This document shows, one piece after another, positions 27,191 to 38,366 of a stretch of 64,000 bases of DNA (within the stretch, counting starts at the first letter, position 1; every line of letters starts with the position of its first letter). The translations under genes were made by a program, and so were the position numbers. The stretch is from a bacterium (GTDB lineage: Bacteria; UBP6; UBA1177): the NCBI GenBank assembly GCA_017961325.1, contig JAGCXM010000019.1:4417-68416 (forward strand), written 5' to 3'. The notes below the pieces were generated by a model. The model did not search any database. It saw nothing but the letters and a program-made list of their open reading frames with translations, and was not told the DNA's origin.

Positions 27191-27904
27191 ATGAAAAATT
27201 TTTTTCTCTTTGTTTTCTTTTTTCTTGTTATTTTTTGTGTTTCCTGCGGAAAATCCAACAGAACGGCTCCGTCCGTCTACAAATCGAGAGAAAAGCTTGA
27301 ACTTTTGGGTTACGAGTTCAACGAAAAAAGTTTTATTCAGGCAATAAAGGACAAAAGATCTGATATCGTTAAACTTTTTATCGATTCGGGAATGAGTCCG
27401 GATACGACTTTCAAAGCCGGAAAGTATCAGGTTCCGGTCATTTTTTATGTGATTGAAAGCGGTGACGAGATGTCCTTTCAGGTTTTGCTTCATTCTAAAG
27501 CTGATCTGTTGGCTTCAGTTAAAGGTGTTTCCGTTCTTGACAAAGCGGCTCAAAAGGGAACGCCTGAGATAATTTCGCTCATAGTCAAATCCGGAGCAGA
27601 TATTAATACTAAGGGTTATCATGGAATGACTCCGCTTATGACGGCGATAGAGAACGACAACAACGGTGCCGCATGGCTTCTGCTTCAATCGGGAGCCGAT
27701 GTCAACGCCGGTGACATCAACGGGATAACGCCTCTTATGCGGGCTATCAGCAAGGGAAATGTCGATATTGTCAGGGAACTTATCAAAAAGGGTGCTGATG
27801 TCAATGCCCAGACGAAAAAAGGTGCTCAAACCTATAAATTCATAGGCGACAAAGAAAAAGAGGCGATGAAGCTGCTTCTTCGTGACGCAGGTGCAAAATT
27901 CTGA
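27191..27904 (+). CDS. Ankyrin-repeat lipoprotein
   Basis: Lipobox CVSC; repeats GMTPLMTA...LLLQSGADVNA and GITPLMRA...LIKKGADVNA. Confidence 0.9.
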   Translation: MKNFFLFVFFFLVIFCVSCGKSNRTAPSVYKSREKLELLGYEFNEKSFIQAIKDKRSDIVKLFIDSGMSPDTTFKAGKYQVPVIFYVIESGDEMSFQVLLHSKADLLASVKGVSVLDKAAQKGTPEIISLIVKSGADINTKGYHGMTPLMTAIENDNNGAAWLLLQSGADVNAGDINGITPLMRAISKGNVDIVRELIKKGADVNAQTKKGAQTYKFIGDKEKEAMKLLLRDAGAKF

Positions 27905-27922
27905 GCAATCCGATCAAGGTGA

Positions 27923-29911
<1,989 letters not shown>

Positions 29912-29937
29912 ACGTCTATGAAATTCAGGGGATAAAA

Positions 29938-32169
29938 ATGGAAATAAAAGAGAAGAAACTCGGAACTTTTTTAGGTGTCTATACTCCGACGATTCTCACG
30001 ATTTTCGGCGTCATCATGTATATGCGTGCCGGCGAGCTTGTCGGCAAAATGGGGCTGTGGCCGATGGTTTTCATCGTTATAATCTCCAATTCGATAACCT
30101 TGATAACCACTTTGTCATTTTCTTCGATCGCTACCAATAAAAAAGTCGGGGTAGGCGGCGCATATTACATCGTTTCGAGAAGTCTCGGCTTTGAGATCGG
30201 CGGTGCTGTCGGACTGCCGCTTTTTCTTTCGCAGGCGCTTTCGATAACGCTTTATTCGTTCGGTCTCGCCGAAGTCATAAAGATGCTTTTCGACACTTCG
30301 TTTTCACTTTATGCTGTGACTTTCGGGATAATCGCGATAGTTGCGGCGGTATCTTTCATCGGTGCCGGCTTTGCGATGAAAACGCAGATTCCGGTAATGA
30401 TTTTCGTAGCGGTTTCAATACTTTTCCTGATAATCGGCGCGTTTATGAAAGGGAGTTTCATAGGCTGTTTTTCGACTTTTCCGACAAGTGCCGGTGAGAT
30501 TTTTCAAAAGCGCGGCGACCTTTCGTTTTTCACTGCGATGGCGATATTCTTTCCTGCCGTGAGCGGCATTATGGCGGGTTTGGGGCTTTCCGGAGATTTG
30601 GAAAATCCGCAGAAATCGATTCCTGTCGGTGCTATTGCCGCGACTCTTACCGGTTTTGCGTTTTACGTCACTCTTCCGCTCTTTCTTTCGATGGGTGCGA
30701 CTCCGGAGGAGATGCTTTCCGACAAGATGATCTGGTCGAGAATTTCGCCTCTTGACGGAAATATCGTCATTCTTCCGGGGCTTTTGGGAGCTATTTTTTC
30801 AAGTGCCGTAGGATCTATGCTCGGTGCACCGAGAACTTTCATAGCTATGGCTTGCGACCAGGTAGGAAACAAAAAGGCGCTCGGTTTTCTGAAGTCGAAA
30901 AAAGGAGAGTACGCCTCCTTCGCTCTTTCGCTGCTTATCGCCTGCGGCGCTGTTTTTCTCGGCGATCTCAATACGGTAGCTTCGATTCTTACAATATTTT
31001 TCCTTACGGTTTACGGCATCGTCAACATAACGGCTGCGTTTGAAACTTTGAGCAACGAACCTTCATGGCGTCCGCAGTTCAAGATTCCCGCTCTCATCAG
31101 CCTTGTCGGCGGAATCGCCTGCATAATCGTAATGTTCCTCATCGATCCCATGCTCAGCATCGTCGCGATAATAATCGAAGTTGTCCTTTACTTCATTCTG
31201 AGGCGTGTCGCGGCGCAAACTTCTGCGGTCGGTGATGCAAGACGCGGAGTTTATGAAAATCTGATCAAAAATTCACTGGTTCAGCTCAAGAATCTCAAAA
31301 TGACTCCTAGAAACTGGCGGCCTTACATTCAGGTTTTCGTGAATAATCCTGAAAAACAGGTCAAGCTCATCGAATTTGCCTCGAATTTCGGTCTCAGCAG
31401 CGGCATAGTAACCGTTACAGAAATTCTTTTGGGGAGACTAGGCGAAGAAAAGGTGGATATTGAAGGCAAAATCGATTTTATGGAAAATCTTTACAATAAA
31501 AACGCCCTTTCGGTATTTCCGGAAGTGAACGTCGTTGACAATTTCGAGGAAGGCATCCTCTCCGCTGTTCAGGCGAACGGAATGGCTGGGCTGCGCTCGA
31601 ACACGATAATGATCTGCTGGCCGAATGAAGTGGGCAAATATCTTCCGCGCTATCTTTCAATTATGAGAAGAATATCCTTCCTGAAAAAATCGACGGTAAT
31701 CGGCAAGGTTTCGCCCGATTTCAATGCGAAAAACGCGCAGAAAACGATTCACGTCTGGTGGGGAGGATTGCAGAGAAACGGCGATCTGATGCTGCTTCTG
31801 GCCTATCTTCTCACCAAATCTCCCGCATGGGATGACGCAGTTATCAGACTTCTCAGAATGGTTCCAGACGAATCGGCGAAAGAGAGTGCTGAAGCGGAAC
31901 TCAGAAAACTTTCCGCAGATTCGAGAATAAACGCCGAGCCGATGATTGTCATAAAGGAAAAAGATGAACTTTTCGAAAACGTTCTCAGCCGCGTCAGCAG
32001 TTCTGCCGATGTCGTATTCCTCGGTCTGAATACGCCTGAAAAAGGGGATGAGGAGGACTATGCGAAGAAGCTTGAAATTTTTGCAGCGCCTCTTAAAGCC
32101 GTATTTTTCATAAAAAATTCAGGAATTTTCCAAGGACAGCTGCTTGAAACCGGAGAAGAAAGAAGATAA
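29938..32169 (+). CDS. Amino-acid permease / SLC12-like cation-chloride cotransporter homologue
   Basis: LGTFLGVYTPTILTIFGVIMYMR, GGAYYIVSRSLG.EIGGAVG, FFPAVSGIMAG..SGDL..P.KSIP, and a cytosolic C-terminal domain with NWRP and HVWW. Confidence 0.85.
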   Translation: MEIKEKKLGTFLGVYTPTILTIFGVIMYMRAGELVGKMGLWPMVFIVIISNSITLITTLSFSSIATNKKVGVGGAYYIVSRSLGFEIGGAVGLPLFLSQALSITLYSFGLAEVIKMLFDTSFSLYAVTFGIIAIVAAVSFIGAGFAMKTQIPVMIFVAVSILFLIIGAFMKGSFIGCFSTFPTSAGEIFQKRGDLSFFTAMAIFFPAVSGIMAGLGLSGDLENPQKSIPVGAIAATLTGFAFYVTLPLFLSMGATPEEMLSDKMIWSRISPLDGNIVILPGLLGAIFSSAVGSMLGAPRTFIAMACDQVGNKKALGFLKSKKGEYASFALSLLIACGAVFLGDLNTVASILTIFFLTVYGIVNITAAFETLSNEPSWRPQFKIPALISLVGGIACIIVMFLIDPMLSIVAIIIEVVLYFILRRVAAQTSAVGDARRGVYENLIKNSLVQLKNLKMTPRNWRPYIQVFVNNPEKQVKLIEFASNFGLSSGIVTVTEILLGRLGEEKVDIEGKIDFMENLYNKNALSVFPEVNVVDNFEEGILSAVQANGMAGLRSNTIMICWPNEVGKYLPRYLSIMRRISFLKKSTVIGKVSPDFNAKNAQKTIHVWWGGLQRNGDLMLLLAYLLTKSPAWDDAVIRLLRMVPDESAKESAEAELRKLSADSRINAEPMIVIKEKDELFENVLSRVSSSADVVFLGLNTPEKGDEEDYAKKLEIFAAPLKAVFFIKNSGIFQGQLLETGEERR

Positions 32170-33069
32170 TTAAAACAGATTTTCCGAATCCGGTTGCGAT
32201 TGCGGCAGAAGTTTCGGCTGTTTCATAGTGAAAAGTTTGATTTTTTCGAGTGCCCGGGATTCGATCTGGCGGACGCGTTCCTTTGAAATGCCGTATTTTT
32301 CGCCGATTTCCTCCAAAGTCATCGTATCGTCGGCGAGATAGCGGTTCCAAATTACGAATTTTTCCCTTTCATTCAGGGTGCTTATCGCGTTCTGAAGTTT
32401 TATTTTCATATCTTCGTCGTCAATTTCCTTGTCGAAATCGCTTTTGTCGCGAAGCTCTATCAGCTTTTCGTCGCTTCCTTCGATAGTCTGGTCGATAGAC
32501 ACATCGTTGTATGACGAAACTACCTGAAGCGCATCGATTACTTTGTCGGGCGTGACGTTGAGCCTTTTCGCAACTTCCTGAATCAGTTCCTCCTTAGATA
32601 TTTCGCCGTCCTTGTCGTAACTCTGAATGTCTTTTATCGTCGCCATCATGTTGAAGAAAAGTTTGCGCTCGTCTCTGCTTTTTCCGAAGCGGACTATGCT
32701 CATCTGGCTGATGATGAATTCCTGGATTTTTGCACGGATCCACCAGGTGGCGTAGGTCGCAAAACGGACTCCCTTGTCAAGATCGAACTTCTGCAGAGCG
32801 GTGAGAAGTCCTAAGCTTCCTTCCTGAATCAGATCGGGAACATCGCGGAAATTTCTGAATTTGTAGGCGAGATTGACTACGAGTTTCAGGTTGCTGACGA
32901 CGAGTTTCTGCGCCGCTTCCTTGTTCTGCTTTTCTTTGAACTCGCGGAAAAGATCGGTTTCTTCTTCCCTCGAAAGATCGGGAATGGAAAGAACGCTTCT
33001 GATGTATGCCGAAAGAGTGTTCTGGGAAAGAACTGGAATTCTGCTTACGGTTTCATTTTTTCCGTTCAA
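32170..33069 (-). CDS. rpoH: RNA polymerase sigma-32 (RpoH)-like factor
   Basis: DLIQEG..GL..A..KFD..KGVRFATYATWWIRA, RpoH-box-like ERKLFFNM, region 4 TLEEIG...ISKERVRQIE. Confidence 0.8.
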   Translation of the reverse strand: MNGKNETVSRIPVLSQNTLSAYIRSVLSIPDLSREEETDLFREFKEKQNKEAAQKLVVSNLKLVVNLAYKFRNFRDVPDLIQEGSLGLLTALQKFDLDKGVRFATYATWWIRAKIQEFIISQMSIVRFGKSRDERKLFFNMMATIKDIQSYDKDGEISKEELIQEVAKRLNVTPDKVIDALQVVSSYNDVSIDQTIEGSDEKLIELRDKSDFDKEIDDEDMKIKLQNAISTLNEREKFVIWNRYLADDTMTLEEIGEKYGISKERVRQIESRALEKIKLFTMKQPKLLPQSQPDSENLF

Positions 33070-33655
33070 TTTGAACCTCTTTATTCCTTATTTTTATTGC
33101 CTCTTCGCGCAGTTTCGGATCGGCACAGTTGTTGTTCAGCCATATTCCGAAAAGCGCGCGTTTGAAGTCGTGACCTTTTATAACGGCCAGAAGTTCGGAC
33201 CCGAAATATATTTCAGTTCCTTTCTTAGGTAGGTATAAAAAGGTTAAGTATGTGTTTTTTTTAGGTTTTTTTCCTGATTTTTCAAGAATGCCCAGAAATG
33301 TGTCTATGCGTGTCTGAATCGTTTTCAGAAACTCTTTGTCATGATTCATTCCGTAGCTGAAACCGCGTCTGAGTTCGCTGATAAGCCGTTTCATTCCGAG
33401 AAGACCTGAAAGCGAAACAAGGCGTATAGCCATCGGCTGGTCTGCATCCTTGAGTTTCATGTTGTCAGTTTCGTTTCCGGAAACGTAAAGTCCGATGGCG
33501 TAGAGTGAAAACGACGCAGGTGCGAAAACGCCGTAATTTCTAAGCGGAATCTTCAGATTTTCATCGACTTTTATTTCAGGATCATAGTTTACTTTTTCGG
33601 CGAAAACGGGAAAGGTTAAACAAAAAACGATAATCAGAAAAACGAGTTTCCTCAT
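33053..33655 (-). CDS. Secreted chalcone-isomerase-like protein
   Basis: Signal peptide; L.NYG......LYAIGLY, I.G.DF.RALFGIWL....DPKL pattern. Confidence 0.65.
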   Translation of the reverse strand: MRKLVFLIIVFCLTFPVFAEKVNYDPEIKVDENLKIPLRNYGVFAPASFSLYAIGLYVSGNETDNMKLKDADQPMAIRLVSLSGLLGMKRLISELRRGFSYGMNHDKEFLKTIQTRIDTFLGILEKSGKKPKKNTYLTFLYLPKKGTEIYFGSELLAVIKGHDFKRALFGIWLNNNCADPKLREEAIKIRNKEVQIERKK

Positions 33656-35376
33656 TTTATCTTCAGTTCTTCCTTCTTGAAATTGACAATAAAATCAACA
33701 GCTTCTTCGATTTTAATCTCTTTCTTTTCGTTGGTTTTGCGGATTTTAACTTCAACAACGCCCCTTTCAAGCGACTTCGCGCCGAAAATTATCTGAACCG
33801 GATATCCGACAAGGTCGGCATCGTTGAATTTGAATCCCGCCCTTTCGTCACGGTCGTCAATAACGGTTTCGACTCCGGCAGCATTGAGTTTTTCATAAAA
33901 ATCGAAAGCCGCGTTTTTAACTTCTTCTTTATTCATCTGAAGCGGAAGAACAATTGCTTCGTAAGGAGCAAGCGCCATCGGCCAGATTATGCCGAATTCG
34001 TCATGATTCTGCTCGATAGCGGCCTGAACCGTTCTGCCGACGCCTATTCCGTAGCAGCCCATGACAGCGGGAACAGATTCGCCGTTTTCATCAATGAATT
34101 CGCATTTCATCTTTGAACTGTATTTCGTTCCGAGATAGAAAACCTGTCCTACTTCGATTCCGCGGCACTCTTCAAGAACACCGTCGCAGTGGGGACATCT
34201 TTCACCAGCCGTCGTAACGACGAAATCTCCGACTGCATCCGGCGTGAAATCCCTGCGCATAACGACGTTTTCGATGTGATAGCCTTCCTTGTTGGCACCT
34301 GCCGTAAGCGAAGGCATCGTCGTGATCGAGTAGTCGGCAAGGATTTTTATCTGTTTTCTGAGGCCTGCAGGTCCGATGAAGCCGTGCGGTGCACCCGAAA
34401 TTTCCTCGATTACCGAATCGCTTGCAAGTTCAACCGCATTTCCTTTGCAGAAAGCCTGGACTTTCGCTTCGTTGATTTCCTTGTCACCTCTGACAAGAAT
34501 GAGAACCGGATCTTCATCAACCATGTAAATCATAGATTTCATTATTTCTTTAGTGGTCTTACCCAAGAAGGCTGCAACTTCTTCGACCGATCTCTGGTTA
34601 GGTGTTTCGACATCTTTTACGGGCGGAACTGCTGAAAAATCAATCTTGCTTTCGCTGTAAACCGAGGTTGCTTTCTCAAGATTTGCCGCATAGCTGCACT
34701 TGCTGCACGAAAGAATCGTGTCTTCGCCGGCTTCTGCAAGAACCTGGAATTCGTGGCTCATATCACCGCCTATAGCACCCGTTGCGGCATCGACCGGCTT
34801 GAATTTAAGGCCGCTTCTTCTGAAAATAGCGTTGTAGGCCTCATACATTTTTTTGTATGATTCCTTAGCCTTTTCCTCGCTGACGTCAAACGAATAACCG
34901 TCTTTCATTATGAACTCTCTGCCTCTCATCAGACCGAAACGGGGACGGACTTCGTCACGGAACTTGCTCTGGAACTGGTAAAGGTTGTAAGGAAGCTGCT
35001 TGTAGCTTCTGAGATTGCGGCGGACCATGTCCGTGATGACTTCTTCGTGTGTCGGTCCAAGGCAGAAATCGCCCCCTTTTCTGTCTTTCAGACGGAGAAG
35101 TTCGGGACCGTAGTAGCCCCATCTGCCGCTTTCCTGCCAAAGTTCGGCCGGCTGGACTGACGGCATGAGAACTTCCTGACAGCCGCGTTTGTTGAGCTCT
35201 TCACGGATGATGTCCTCAAGTTTTCTTATGCTTCTGAGCGCAAGCGGAAGATAGTTGTAAACGCCGCTCGCGAGTTTCTGTATCATTCCGGCGCGGTAAA
35301 GGAGCCTGTGGCTTTCGATCTGCGCCTCTTTCGGAACTTCCTTCAATGTCTGGAAAAAAAGCTGACTTACTCTCAT
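33652..35376 (-). CDS. proS: Proline--tRNA ligase (with editing domain)
   Basis: SHRLLYRAGMI, ELWQESGRW, LGPTHEE, FRDEVRPRFGLMRGREF, IEVGQVF.LGTKYS and MGCYGIG motifs. Confidence 0.98.
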   Translation of the reverse strand: MRVSQLFFQTLKEVPKEAQIESHRLLYRAGMIQKLASGVYNYLPLALRSIRKLEDIIREELNKRGCQEVLMPSVQPAELWQESGRWGYYGPELLRLKDRKGGDFCLGPTHEEVITDMVRRNLRSYKQLPYNLYQFQSKFRDEVRPRFGLMRGREFIMKDGYSFDVSEEKAKESYKKMYEAYNAIFRRSGLKFKPVDAATGAIGGDMSHEFQVLAEAGEDTILSCSKCSYAANLEKATSVYSESKIDFSAVPPVKDVETPNQRSVEEVAAFLGKTTKEIMKSMIYMVDEDPVLILVRGDKEINEAKVQAFCKGNAVELASDSVIEEISGAPHGFIGPAGLRKQIKILADYSITTMPSLTAGANKEGYHIENVVMRRDFTPDAVGDFVVTTAGERCPHCDGVLEECRGIEVGQVFYLGTKYSSKMKCEFIDENGESVPAVMGCYGIGVGRTVQAAIEQNHDEFGIIWPMALAPYEAIVLPLQMNKEEVKNAAFDFYEKLNAAGVETVIDDRDERAGFKFNDADLVGYPVQIIFGAKSLERGVVEVKIRKTNEKKEIKIEEAVDFIVNFKKEELKIK

Positions 35377-35442
35377 TGCATTCTCCGTTAAAAAAACAAA
35401 AACCTAGAATTATAATCATTTTTCAAAAAATTCATAGCTCAA

Positions 35443-37956
35443 TCAGGCGTTTCCGCCAAAAAAATCTTCGATTCTGCGGGATATTTCTGCAACCGGCAGC
35501 GACTGGAACCTTACGCCTGTCGGTACAGAAAGAATAAAATCCTTGCCGTAATATTTTTCGTAAATTCTTTTGTCAAGCACCGTTACCGTTCCGATGTCGC
35601 TTTTCGTTCTTATCAGTCTGCCGAAACCCTGTTTGAATTTCAGCACAGCATTCGGCAGCGTGTAGACCAGAAAGCCGCTTTTGTTGGTTTCCCGTTCAAG
35701 TTTTGCGACGTAACGCTTTATGAAAGGGTGGCTCGGAAAGCGGAAGGGGAGTTTTACTATCACGAGATTGCGCAGGGTCTCGCCCTTCATGTCGATCCCT
35801 TCCCAGAAGGTTTCAGTCGCAAGCAGAGTCGCGTTAACGTCTTCGCGGAATTTTTTCATAATAGCCTGCACGGGCATCCGGCCCTGCGAAAAGACTTCGA
35901 AATCAAGTCCTTTGAAATATTTCAGAGCCGTTTCGCGGTGACTTATCGAGGTAAACAGGACAAGTGCGCCGCCGCCTGAAGCCTTCACGATTTCACGCGC
36001 CGCATTGATGCTTTCGAATTCAAAAAGCTCTTTGTCTCTTGCCGGATCCGGCATGTCGCTGCCGACGAACGCCTTTATCTGGGAAGCGTAGTCGAAGCAG
36101 CTCTCCAGACTCATCGCATTCTTTGCGCGTTCAGAAAGGGCGAGGCCGCTTTCTCGGTAGAAAAATTCAAAACCGGTTTCACCTTTTCCTGTCGTAAGTG
36201 TCGCCGATGTGAAAATTATGCTTTTTACGTCTTTATAAAGGTTGTCTGCCAGGATTTTCTGCACGTTAAGCGGAGTTATCGTCAAAGTAAGGGCGTCTCC
36301 GTTTTTTTCGCCCCAGAAAACCTGATTTTCGGTGTTCGTACCGATACAGAATTCGCTGTAAAATTCGGCGTAGGCTGTCAGTTTCGCCACGGTCGCATCA
36401 AGATCGGTTATCAGGGAGCGGTTCAAGTCGTCCATTGCGCTGCGAAGTACCACGGTTTCGTCCTTTTCCTTCAGAAATTTGACGACAGGCGCAATCAGAT
36501 CGGTGACTTGAGTCAGGACTGATACGATCTGACCGAGAGTTCCCAGCATTTTTTCCCTTTTTTCTGGGTTGTCCAGCTCGTATATGTTTTCATCGCCGTT
36601 TTGGCTCAGACTCGCTATAAGTTCCGGAAAAAAAGAGTTCGCAAGTTTTGCCTGAAAGCCTCCTGAAAGAATGTTGACGGCCTTTTCCAAAGGCATCAGG
36701 GCGGAAGTTTCGGCGTTGTTGCTCAGAATTTTAGTTAAAAGCCCCTGTCCGGTCGAAGTGTTGTAAAGCTTGCCGAGCAGTTTTCTCAAAGAGTTCGACG
36801 AAACCGATTCGCCCAAAAAACTGACGGCGCTTTTGAAAAGGTTGTGTGCTTCGTCAATTACGAGAATATCGAATTTCGGCAGAAGACCTTCGCCTTCATC
36901 TTCCTCGGATTTCATCGAAACGTCAGCCATCAGAAGATGATGGTTCACGAGAATGAGCGATGCAAAATTAGCCCGTCTTCTCGCCTTGAAGAAAAAGCAC
37001 GAACTGAAAAAGCGGCACTTGCTTTTTTCGCATGCAAGCTCGTCGGCGCAGATTTCGTTCCAGATGTCCACGGCAATCGCGGAATTCATGCTTGAGCGCG
37101 ATCCGTCGTCGGTCCGGTTGAGCCAGCTGTCGATTTCTTCAACCGTTTCAACACTGCTTTTAGATGCTGCGTCTTCTTCGATTTTCGTCTGTATCGCTCC
37201 CATCCTGAAAGCGTAATACTTCCTTTTGCAGAGATAGTTCGAGCGGCCTTTAAGGACGACCGTGCCGATGTCAGAGATGTCAAGTTTTTTTAAAAGTGCC
37301 GGAATATCCTTGTTGAAAAGCTGTTCCTGCAAAGCAATCGTCGAAGTGCTGACGACCGCCTTTTTCCCTATGTTTTTAGCAACATAAAGCAGGATCGGCA
37401 CGAGATATGCGAAACTTTTTCCGGTTCCGGTTCCGGCTTCGGCGACAAGAATAGAAGATGAGTTTACCGCTTCGGCAACTCCGAGAGCCATTTCAGTCTG
37501 GGGACGCCTGAACTCAAAATCCTTGTCTGATTCAGCCAACCTTCCGTTTTTACTGAATATTTCTGCAACTTCTTCAATGTTTACAGGTTCGATTTCCGTG
37601 CTTTCCGGCATAATCCTTTCGACAACGGGAAAAACGTTTGTCACGTTGTTGTCGACGATGTAGGAGCCGATACTTTTTTCGGCGGCACGAGCCGCAACTT
37701 CAAGATCGGCCGGACTCGGATTTACATTTCCGCTCGGATGGTTGTGAATCAGAATCTCACCCGGCTGGGCCGTAGCGATAACAGCCGGAACGGAATTCGA
37801 ATTTCCCATTGCTGCACGGCGGAGATCGTAGATGAGACCGCGTCCGTCAGCCTTTCCGACCATGACGATTTCATTGCCGTCGTTCTGCGAAATGAAATAC
37901 CTTGCAAGTTTTATGGCTTCCGTTGTAAAGTAAGAATCAGCTTTGAACGACGACAT
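35443..37956 (-). CDS. DinG-family FeS helicase with an N-terminal RadC-like JAB domain
   Basis: IHNHPSG...PSPADL (JAB), EAGTGTGKS, Cys cluster (CADELACEKSKC...C), DEAH, LFTS, FWEGID and QGFGRLIR. Confidence 0.9.
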   Translation of the reverse strand: MSSFKADSYFTTEAIKLARYFISQNDGNEIVMVGKADGRGLIYDLRRAAMGNSNSVPAVIATAQPGEILIHNHPSGNVNPSPADLEVAARAAEKSIGSYIVDNNVTNVFPVVERIMPESTEIEPVNIEEVAEIFSKNGRLAESDKDFEFRRPQTEMALGVAEAVNSSSILVAEAGTGTGKSFAYLVPILLYVAKNIGKKAVVSTSTIALQEQLFNKDIPALLKKLDISDIGTVVLKGRSNYLCKRKYYAFRMGAIQTKIEEDAASKSSVETVEEIDSWLNRTDDGSRSSMNSAIAVDIWNEICADELACEKSKCRFFSSCFFFKARRRANFASLILVNHHLLMADVSMKSEEDEGEGLLPKFDILVIDEAHNLFKSAVSFLGESVSSNSLRKLLGKLYNTSTGQGLLTKILSNNAETSALMPLEKAVNILSGGFQAKLANSFFPELIASLSQNGDENIYELDNPEKREKMLGTLGQIVSVLTQVTDLIAPVVKFLKEKDETVVLRSAMDDLNRSLITDLDATVAKLTAYAEFYSEFCIGTNTENQVFWGEKNGDALTLTITPLNVQKILADNLYKDVKSIIFTSATLTTGKGETGFEFFYRESGLALSERAKNAMSLESCFDYASQIKAFVGSDMPDPARDKELFEFESINAAREIVKASGGGALVLFTSISHRETALKYFKGLDFEVFSQGRMPVQAIMKKFREDVNATLLATETFWEGIDMKGETLRNLVIVKLPFRFPSHPFIKRYVAKLERETNKSGFLVYTLPNAVLKFKQGFGRLIRTKSDIGTVTVLDKRIYEKYYGKDFILSVPTGVRFQSLPVAEISRRIEDFFGGNA

Positions 37957-38009
37957 GAAATTTATCCGGAAAATTCAAAAGCCGCCTGTAGGATTATAGA
38001 CTAAATATA

Positions 38010-38285
38010 TTAGTCGTTGATGCGAGAAAGGAGATCTTTTCCTGCTTTGAAAAAAGGAAGTTTTTTCTGATCGACTTTAATTTTTGCACCGGTTTTGGGG
38101 TTTCTGCCTTCGTAAGCAGGGTAGGTGCGTACTACAAAACTTCCGAATCCTCTGATTTCAACGCGCTCGCCGTTGTTCAAAGCTTCGATCATTGCATCAA
38201 TCATAAGATTTACAAACTGTTCAGCGTTTCTCTTTGAAAGTTCTGCCTTTTCCGAGAAAACAGCGATTAAATTGGACTTATTCAT
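38010..38285 (-). CDS. ihfB: Integration host factor beta / HU-family DNA-binding protein
   Basis: MNKSNLI...GERVEIRGFGSF..R....GRNPKTG....P.FKAGKDL. Confidence 0.8.
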   Translation of the reverse strand: MNKSNLIAVFSEKAELSKRNAEQFVNLMIDAMIEALNNGERVEIRGFGSFVVRTYPAYEGRNPKTGAKIKVDQKKLPFFKAGKDLLSRIND

Positions 38286-38366
38286 TCTTTCCTCCATAAA
38301 AAATGTTCATCTTCAAAAGAGCCGTGTGTTTTTAATCATTTTTATTTAAATTGCAAGATTTTTCTG

